The notes beneath the pieces were generated by a model. The model was not told the origin of the DNA and ran no database searches. It was given only the letters and a program-made list of their open reading frames with translations. From NCBI GenBank assembly GCA_019058275.1, contig JAHLVW010000095.1, positions 1 through 16,406 of the forward strand: 16,406 bases of DNA, read 5' to 3'. Both the position numbers and the translations under genes were made by a program. The stretch comes from Candidatus Heimdallarchaeota archaeon (GTDB taxonomy: Archaea > Asgardarchaeota > Heimdallarchaeia > JABLTI01). Of the stretch, positions 1-6,098 are shown piece after piece; within the stretch, counting starts at the first letter, position 1, and the number at the start of each line of letters is the position of its first letter.

Positions 1-35
1 GATTGGTTATGAGTGAATCAATAACCATTATTACC

Positions 36-61
36 AAAAGAAGAGAAAGGAAATCTCTTCT
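36..61 (-). terminator. Putative terminator of the M20 peptidase gene (8-bp hairpin plus pyrimidine/T-rich tract)
   Basis: AGAAGAGA (39-46) and TCTCTTCT (54-61) form a perfect inverted repeat overlapping the TAG stop (60-62). On the - strand the region reads TTTCCTTTCTCTTCTTTT. A second imperfect hairpin, TGGTTAT/ATAACCA, lies at 4-27. Confidence 0.45.
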
Positions 62-1478
62 AGGTTATATTTTCTTTTGCAAAATACTGAGCTATTACAG
101 CAAGTAAAGCTAAACTTGGATGGATGGAATTTACTGGAATATTCTCGTTAGGTGCATGGCCATTTAGACCTGAAACGCCATTTCCTGCCATGCAAAGACC
201 AGTGTGTTCAGTGAAAAGGTAAGCAGGACCAGAACCATAAGCGATTGGAACAGTATAAACTGGTTGTGGGTCAAGAATTTCCTTCAATATTTTCCTCAGA
301 ATTTTAACAAAAGGATGGTTCACAGAGGTTTTAGCTGGATCATAGCCAGGAAGCAATTTGACATCTAAATAATCGATTCCATGCTTTTCGAAGTGCTTGA
401 GCAATAATTCGTGAGTTTTTTCCTTAGTTAAATTAGGAACTAATCTGAAATCAACCTTAGCCATCGCTTTTGCTGGAACGATAGTTTTGGATCCTTCACC
501 TTGGAAACCACTCTTCAAACCACAGATGGATAAAGAGGGTTGTAAGCTTAACATCGTTTTAAGATCCACACCGGTACGATTCAAGAGGAGCCTATCCAAT
601 TGATAGTCTTTTTTGAAGTTCTCTTCGAATTCAGTACTGTGCTCCTTTATCACATCGATATCCTCTTGCAGTGGTTCTCGAACGAGTTCATTGAAACCAT
701 CGATGAGGATATTCTCGTTAGAATCTTTGAGAGTGTTTAGTGCCCAGATAAGACTCCAAGCAGCATTAGGAGTGGCAGCAGCACTACCAGAATGAACGTC
801 AGTTCTAGGGAAAAAGGGAGGATCTTTGGTAGTAATCTCAAAGTAAGCGTTCCCCTTCAGACCGCAAACAAGGGAACCGGGAGTAACAAATTTTGTTAGA
901 TTATCACCTTCTGCTGGGTAAAGGGCTGCTCCTTCCCAGATGCAACCATCGGATTTGAGTAATTCAGGATGTTTGTTGGTGAATAATGGGAGGTTTTCAG
1001 AACCAGCTTCTTCTTCACCCTCGAGAACAAATCGAACATTAACAGGTAGTTTTCCAAGAGAATCTTCGAGCATTTGCATAGCAATAAGACTGGAAACAAA
1101 TTCCCCTTTATCGTCACAAGTTCCTCGAGCATACAATCGACCATCACGTTCATGTAATTCCCAGGGAGAGGAATCCCAAAGGTCATGGTCACCCTCAGGT
1201 TGAACATCATAGTGATGGTAGAAGAGGAGAGTTTTTTCAGCACCAACATCCTTCTCTCCAAAAACAACAGGAGCTTGTCCTTCAGCAGTTGGGTACTGTT
1301 TGGCTTTGTACCCATATGACTTGAGATAAGATTCCAGACTATTAGCACAATCACTAATACCTTCAGGTTCACGATAAGCAACAGTCGGAAACTTGACAAG
1401 TTCAGCTAGTATTTTACGATAACCGGCTTCATACTTTGAAGCGCTCTTTAGATGTTTCAGAAAGTCTTTTTTTATCAT
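60..1478 (-). CDS. M20/M25/M40 family metallopeptidase (ArgE/DapE/dipeptidase-like)
   Basis: Family motifs HHYDVQP, YARGTCDDKG, EGEEEAGS, DVHSG, dimerisation-domain KTIVPAKAMAKVDFRLVP and C-terminal GHAPNE. ATG at 1478 preferred; an alternative TTG lies at 1487. Confidence 0.93.
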   Translation of the reverse strand: MIKKDFLKHLKSASKYEAGYRKILAELVKFPTVAYREPEGISDCANSLESYLKSYGYKAKQYPTAEGQAPVVFGEKDVGAEKTLLFYHHYDVQPEGDHDLWDSSPWELHERDGRLYARGTCDDKGEFVSSLIAMQMLEDSLGKLPVNVRFVLEGEEEAGSENLPLFTNKHPELLKSDGCIWEGAALYPAEGDNLTKFVTPGSLVCGLKGNAYFEITTKDPPFFPRTDVHSGSAAATPNAAWSLIWALNTLKDSNENILIDGFNELVREPLQEDIDVIKEHSTEFEENFKKDYQLDRLLLNRTGVDLKTMLSLQPSLSICGLKSGFQGEGSKTIVPAKAMAKVDFRLVPNLTKEKTHELLLKHFEKHGIDYLDVKLLPGYDPAKTSVNHPFVKILRKILKEILDPQPVYTVPIAYGSGPAYLFTEHTGLCMAGNGVSGLNGHAPNENIPVNSIHPSLALLAVIAQYFAKENIT

Positions 1479-1510
1479 TGTTATCAACTCAAATGGAAAT
1501 AACTTTAATT

Positions 1511-1525
1511 AGATAATAATTATCA
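1511..1525. promoter_or_regulatory. Palindromic operator-like site resembling a Fur 7-1-7 box upstream of the M20 peptidase
   Basis: GATAAT-A-ATTATC is a perfect palindrome at 1512-1524. The - strand reads TGATAATTATTATCT, one mismatch from TGATAATnATTATCA. The AT-rich context lowers significance. Confidence 0.3.
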
Positions 1526-1551
1526 ACATTAATTAATTTATTAGGAATCAT

Positions 1552-1839
1552 TCACTTTCTAGTGAGTTCTTTTTCAGGTACAATCCCTTCTATAGGCATT
1601 TTTTTATAGGCAAGCAGGACATTTACCTATAACTTTAACAGCTTCTTGCATGTGTAATAAGTAATCTTTTGCTTCATAGAGTGAGCATTGACCTGTTTCA
1701 TCATCAAAAGAGATAGTTAATTTGCAACTGAACACTTTAGTGATTCTTTTTTACAGCCTGAACATTGTTTAGAATCAAGTTCTACGGGATTACCACAATT
1801 GAAGTAAGTATAATGTTTCTAGGTAGAATGAGTTTTCAT
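1552..1839 (-). pseudogene. Degenerate double zinc-ribbon + RING-finger (E3 ubiquitin ligase-like) gene
   Basis: Manual translation with two 1-nt frameshifts (about 1727 and about 1606-1609) gives MKTHST*KHYTYFNCGNPVELDSKQCSGCKKESLKCS(V)CKLTISFDDETGQCSLYEAKDYLLHMQEAVKVIGKCPAC(L)KKMPIEGIVPEKELTRK*. In-frame TAG at 1819-1821. The frame may extend, with further stops, to an ATG at 1962. Confidence 0.75.
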
Positions 1840-1982
1840 ATCATTTAAAAGCTTCTCAGTGTCTTTTTTATGATTAGATACTTCATTACATCACTGACAA
1901 CTATTCATTATGATGTTTTAGTCTTTGTTGTAAAAGTAAAAAACATCTCTTATTTCACTCATTTTATAAATATAATTTTTTT

Positions 1983-1998
1983 GAAAAAGTTTTTATTA
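1983..1998 (+). promoter_or_regulatory. Candidate archaeal BRE/TATA promoter of the 4-gene operon
   Basis: GAAAAAG-TTTTTATTA: a purine-rich block followed by a TATA-like box, upstream of in-frame ATGs at 2017 and 2059. Confidence 0.35.
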
Positions 1999-2058
1999 GA
2001 GAATTTAATTAGAATAATGTTAAATTTCATATTTGAAAGAACGTGGGAAGATATAGGA

Positions 2059-3531
2059 ATGGAAGAGGAAATTAGTAAATGCGATATTTTATTAATTAAT
2101 CCTCCATATCATAGAAGAATTGGGAGCGGAATAGTACCACCATTAGGTTTAGCTTATTTATGTTCATCTCTCATTAATGCAAATTTCAATCCTGAGGTTT
2201 TGGACTGTTCTCTTGTCATTCAAGATCTTTTTGAGGATTCCTTAAGAAAATTGAAAATATTTGTAAAAGAGCAAATAAAAAGTCTAAATCCTAAATATGC
2301 TATTGGTATTGGGCCATGTACAACTGCAACACTAAAAGCAATTATAGAAATCATAAATGCTTGTAATGAAGTTTGTCCTTATAAGCCCATTATTATGGGT
2401 GGACCATTAACATTAATACCACAGATAGATTGGCTGTTTTTTGATAAACTTAAGGTTTTTGCTGTTATAAAAGGAGATGGGGAATCAAGAATAGTAGAAT
2501 TACTTTCACGTATGAAACATAAACAGGAAATAAAAGGAATACAAGGAATTCAAACACAAAAGAAAGAAAATGTTGTGCCATATTTTGAAAGGAATTTAAA
2601 TAACCTACTATTTCCTACATGGGACAAATTTGTCTTGAAATCGTATAAACCTTCAATTAGAAGAGATTTATTTTACTATCCATTTGTGCCAGTGATTGGT
2701 TCAAGAGGATGTTATTTTGATTGTAGTTTTTGTTTTTCTGGCCAATGTATAAAATATAGAAAAAGGAGATTATCTAATATTATAGAAGAGATTAGGTTTC
2801 TAGTTAGTAAATATGATATTCAATCTATTATTTTCTATGATGATTGTTTGTTCATTAATAACAAAAAGATAAATCCAAAAATTGTCGAATTTTCAAATAG
2901 TATAGGAAGAATAAGTGATGAATTATTTTGGCAATTTGAAATCCGACCAGATCTTTTTTCTAAATTAGATGTTGAAACAACTAAAACCCTCTATGAAAAT
3001 GGTTGTAGACAAATAAACTTGGGAATTGAAAATGTATCCCAAAAAAATCTTGAATTCTTAAACAAAGAATATAGTGTAGATTTAGTAAAGGAAAAAAGTG
3101 ATATGATAAGAAAATATGTCAAGAAATTACGATTAACAGGAACATTTATTTTTGGTGGACCATATGAAACAGAAAATACAATAAGGAATACAATCGAATA
3201 TTCAACAAAACTTAACCTATTGTATGCTCATTTTTATCCACTAGAAATATATCCAGGAACTCCATTATATGATATATATGTTGACAATAAAAAGAACATC
3301 TTTTGGTATGAAGAAATACTTCAAAGTGATAAACCATGGGGTGAAATCATTTACGAATCAAAGGAATTACCAATAAATAAATTATTCAATTTTATAAATT
3401 TAGCTTATAAAAGCTTTTATGAAAGAAAGGATTGGCTAAATCTTGCGAAATTTCTTTTAAAAGAAAATTTTGAATCTGTTTTAGGAATAATTAATCATTG
3501 GAAGAAGAATAGATTTAATATTGAGGTATAA
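2059..3531 (+). CDS. Cobalamin (B12)-binding domain radical SAM enzyme (class B methyltransferase-like architecture)
   Basis: N-terminal B12-binding Rossmann motifs ILLINPPY, PPLGLAYL, IIMGGP, GDGE. Radical SAM motif SRGCYFDCSFC (CxxxCxxC, 2710-2733), then FYDDCLF, LGIE, FIFGGPYET, YPGTPLY. Start moved from 1870 to ATG 2059 (2017 possible) because the upstream extension is promoter-like DNA. Confidence 0.92.
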   Translation: MEEEISKCDILLINPPYHRRIGSGIVPPLGLAYLCSSLINANFNPEVLDCSLVIQDLFEDSLRKLKIFVKEQIKSLNPKYAIGIGPCTTATLKAIIEIINACNEVCPYKPIIMGGPLTLIPQIDWLFFDKLKVFAVIKGDGESRIVELLSRMKHKQEIKGIQGIQTQKKENVVPYFERNLNNLLFPTWDKFVLKSYKPSIRRDLFYYPFVPVIGSRGCYFDCSFCFSGQCIKYRKRRLSNIIEEIRFLVSKYDIQSIIFYDDCLFINNKKINPKIVEFSNSIGRISDELFWQFEIRPDLFSKLDVETTKTLYENGCRQINLGIENVSQKNLEFLNKEYSVDLVKEKSDMIRKYVKKLRLTGTFIFGGPYETENTIRNTIEYSTKLNLLYAHFYPLEIYPGTPLYDIYVDNKKNIFWYEEILQSDKPWGEIIYESKELPINKLFNFINLAYKSFYERKDWLNLAKFLLKENFESVLGIINHWKKNRFNIEV

Positions 3532-3535
3532 TTCA

Positions 3536-4870
3536 ATGAGTTTTATTTATGACAGGTTATACTCCAAAATAAAATTTCCAAAAATTATTACAAGCTTATT
3601 AGATTGTCCAGGTTTATTACGTTTAAGGGAAATAAGTATGGCTAATATACCATTTTTTAATTTTCCATCATTTACAGCTGTCACACGATATGAGCATTCT
3701 TTAGGAGTATGTCATCTAGCTAACATTGCTTCAAAATCTCTAAAACTTGATAATAAAGATTCATTAGAATTAATGATTGCTGGTTTATACCATGATATAA
3801 CAACACCCCCATTTGCACATTTATTTGAGAGCATTTTGGAAAAGAAATGGAATTTTGATCATGAGAGTTATTTTTATGATTTGATTACAGCAAGTTCAAA
3901 GGATTTAGGAAAAGAATTTACACAAATATATATGGGACGAGCTTTAAAATTAAACTACTTTGTGCAATCAAGTACAGCACGTAAAATGGGAATTGATGCT
4001 ATTCGAATAGCAGAATTAGTACTAGGTAAAAAAGAAGATTATTTATCTTCATTAATTAGTGGAGATATTGATTTAGATAATATTGACAATGTTATTCGTG
4101 CATCAAGTGCAATGGGAATTATAGGAGGTTCAGGAAAACTAGCAGAAAGACTAGCTACAGCATTTGTTATAGATAGTAAAAAACAAGTGAATTTTTCTGA
4201 AAGTTCAAGGGAATCCATAGAAAAATGGATGGAGTTGAGAGAAAAACTATATGAAATGATATTGTGCTCAGTAAGTGATTTCAGTTTACAAACTATGCTA
4301 AAAAATTGTTTAGATGAATTATTCCAATCTAATGATGAAAATTACAAATTAACTGAATTAGATTGGCGTTTAACTGAAAGAGAAGTTTTTGAAAAAATAA
4401 GAAAATATGAAAAAACATATCCAATTTATAAGAGAATGGCATTAAAGGATTTATACAACTGTTTGAATCTTGTTTTATTGAAGGGACCAAAATTAATCGA
4501 AATTATTGAAAAGGTACAAAAGGATTTAGAAGAAATTTGTACAGAAATATTTCATGTTGATACAATTATGAATTATTATGTTGATAAACGCATTAGAACT
4601 TTGAAACGACTTTTTGTTCATTTTAACAAAGTAGTTGAAAAAGATTATGAAACTTCTAAAAATGATGAAACAATGCTTTTAGGATTCTTCACTCCTGAAA
4701 GAAAAAATTATTTTATTAAAAATAACAAGAAAGTGTTCTTTTCTAAAATTCAACAAAATGATTTCTTAAGTAGAATACGAAAGATATTACCTAACAGTAT
4801 ATCGATATATAGAATTGAAATCATTCAAAAAAACTATCCAAAACTAAAAATAATAGAGGAGGTAATCTAA
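3536..4870 (+). CDS. HD-domain phosphohydrolase, SAMHD1/dNTP triphosphohydrolase-like, with divergent active site
   Basis: RLREI...TRYEHSLGV...AGLYHD (3791-3796)...PFAHLFE...DHE...DIDLDNID match the H...HD...D metal motif and layout of dNTPase-like HD proteins. ATG 3536 is preceded by SD-like GAGGT (3523-3527). Confidence 0.88.
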   Translation: MSFIYDRLYSKIKFPKIITSLLDCPGLLRLREISMANIPFFNFPSFTAVTRYEHSLGVCHLANIASKSLKLDNKDSLELMIAGLYHDITTPPFAHLFESILEKKWNFDHESYFYDLITASSKDLGKEFTQIYMGRALKLNYFVQSSTARKMGIDAIRIAELVLGKKEDYLSSLISGDIDLDNIDNVIRASSAMGIIGGSGKLAERLATAFVIDSKKQVNFSESSRESIEKWMELREKLYEMILCSVSDFSLQTMLKNCLDELFQSNDENYKLTELDWRLTEREVFEKIRKYEKTYPIYKRMALKDLYNCLNLVLLKGPKLIEIIEKVQKDLEEICTEIFHVDTIMNYYVDKRIRTLKRLFVHFNKVVEKDYETSKNDETMLLGFFTPERKNYFIKNNKKVFFSKIQQNDFLSRIRKILPNSISIYRIEIIQKNYPKLKIIEEVI

Positions 4871-4874
4871 AACA

Positions 4875-6098
4875 GTGATTTTAAACAAAATTAGACAGCT
4901 GGAAGACGTTGATTGGGATTTTCTTGATTATCGTGGTATTAATTCTATTCCAAATGATATAAATTCTATACATTGGTATCCTGCTCCATTCGTACCTCAG
5001 ATACCTTCAATATTAATTCAGACATTTACAAAAGAAGAGGATATTGTATTTGATCCATTTGCTGGTGCAGGGATTGGATTAATAGAAGCCACAAGATTAG
5101 ACAGAAAATTTATTGGAATAGATATAAATCCTTTTTCAGTTGAAATTATGATGGGGAAATTCATAGCTTTATCAGATGTAGATGAAAAATGGTATGAAAA
5201 CACAAAAAATGAATTAAATTTTGCAGTGGATAGTTTCAACTCAAAAGAAATATTCCATCCAAACAAAGATGATTTAGAGAAATGGTTTCACAAAAAAACT
5301 TTAGAAGAACTACTTATGTTGTATAAATTTGTTAAAATTGAGAAAAATAGTAATAAACAACATCTCAAAAGAGTTCTTTTAACATCAATTCTTAATAGAT
5401 GCTGCTCTCAAATAAAAAGTTTCACTCATATAACTGACAATTGCCAACCTGAAGTATTATTTGAGAAAAAGAGTCCTATTAATGCCTATACAGCACAAAT
5501 AGATAAGGTTTATAGTTCTGTAAATAACTTTAGGGAGCAATTTCACAGGAAATATAACAAAAAATGGAAAAAAATTAATATCAAAAACAAAACAAATCAA
5601 TGGGAAATAAACGGTAATTATATTTTTGAAGCAGATTCCAGAAACATTGATTTTTTAGAAAAAGAATCGGTTGATATGGTTATGACATCACCACCATATT
5701 TAGGAATCAATGACTATATTAAATCAATGAGATTAAGTTGGTTATTTTTTCCGAAATTAAATTTAAATAAAAGTTTAGAAAATGAGATTGGTGCTAGAAG
5801 AAAGCGAGGAAGAAAACATATTTATGAAGAATATGTTAATGATATGAATTTAGTTTTTAGAAATATCAATTATGTTCTTAAAAATGAAAAGATATTTTGT
5901 CTAGTTATTGGAAAAGGAAAAGGTAGGGTCAACCAAAATAGGAATGTAGTAAAAGATCTATTAGATTTATTAGAAAATACACATAACTTTGAATTATTAA
6001 AAACTTTTGAACGTAAAATCTCTTTTCGAAGAATACTAGGAATAAGTGACAATTTAGAAAATATTTTCATTTTTAGAAAAAGAGGGAATTCTAAATGA
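4875..6098 (+). CDS. SAM-dependent amino-methyltransferase, alpha-class, N4-cytosine DNA methyltransferase-like
   Basis: Motif X HWYPAPF, motif I DPFAGAG (from 5052), motif II GIDINP, a central variable region, then ADSR and motif IV TSPPY (5688-5699). GTG start preceded by GGAGGT (4858-4863). Confidence 0.88.
   Translation: MILNKIRQLEDVDWDFLDYRGINSIPNDINSIHWYPAPFVPQIPSILIQTFTKEEDIVFDPFAGAGIGLIEATRLDRKFIGIDINPFSVEIMMGKFIALSDVDEKWYENTKNELNFAVDSFNSKEIFHPNKDDLEKWFHKKTLEELLMLYKFVKIEKNSNKQHLKRVLLTSILNRCCSQIKSFTHITDNCQPEVLFEKKSPINAYTAQIDKVYSSVNNFREQFHRKYNKKWKKINIKNKTNQWEINGNYIFEADSRNIDFLEKESVDMVMTSPPYLGINDYIKSMRLSWLFFPKLNLNKSLENEIGARRKRGRKHIYEEYVNDMNLVFRNINYVLKNEKIFCLVIGKGKGRVNQNRNVVKDLLDLLENTHNFELLKTFERKISFRRILGISDNLENIFIFRKRGNSK

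Noticed and set aside
613-1399. Small ORFs 613-795, 896-1399 and 940-1203
   Set aside because: Shadow or alternative-frame ORFs within the well-supported M20 peptidase, with no motifs.
1870-2058. N-terminal extension of the radical SAM ORF given by the ORF track
   Set aside because: Low-complexity F/I/K-rich translation of AT-rich promoter DNA that overlaps the opposite-strand pseudogene region. Family similarity begins at about MEEEISKCDILLINPP.
2059-3531. Calling the radical SAM gene a prokaryotic viperin or a QueE/7-deazaguanine pathway enzyme
   Set aside because: It has an N-terminal B12-binding domain and a central CxxxCxxC, unlike viperin or QueE, and no que/dpd genes are present.
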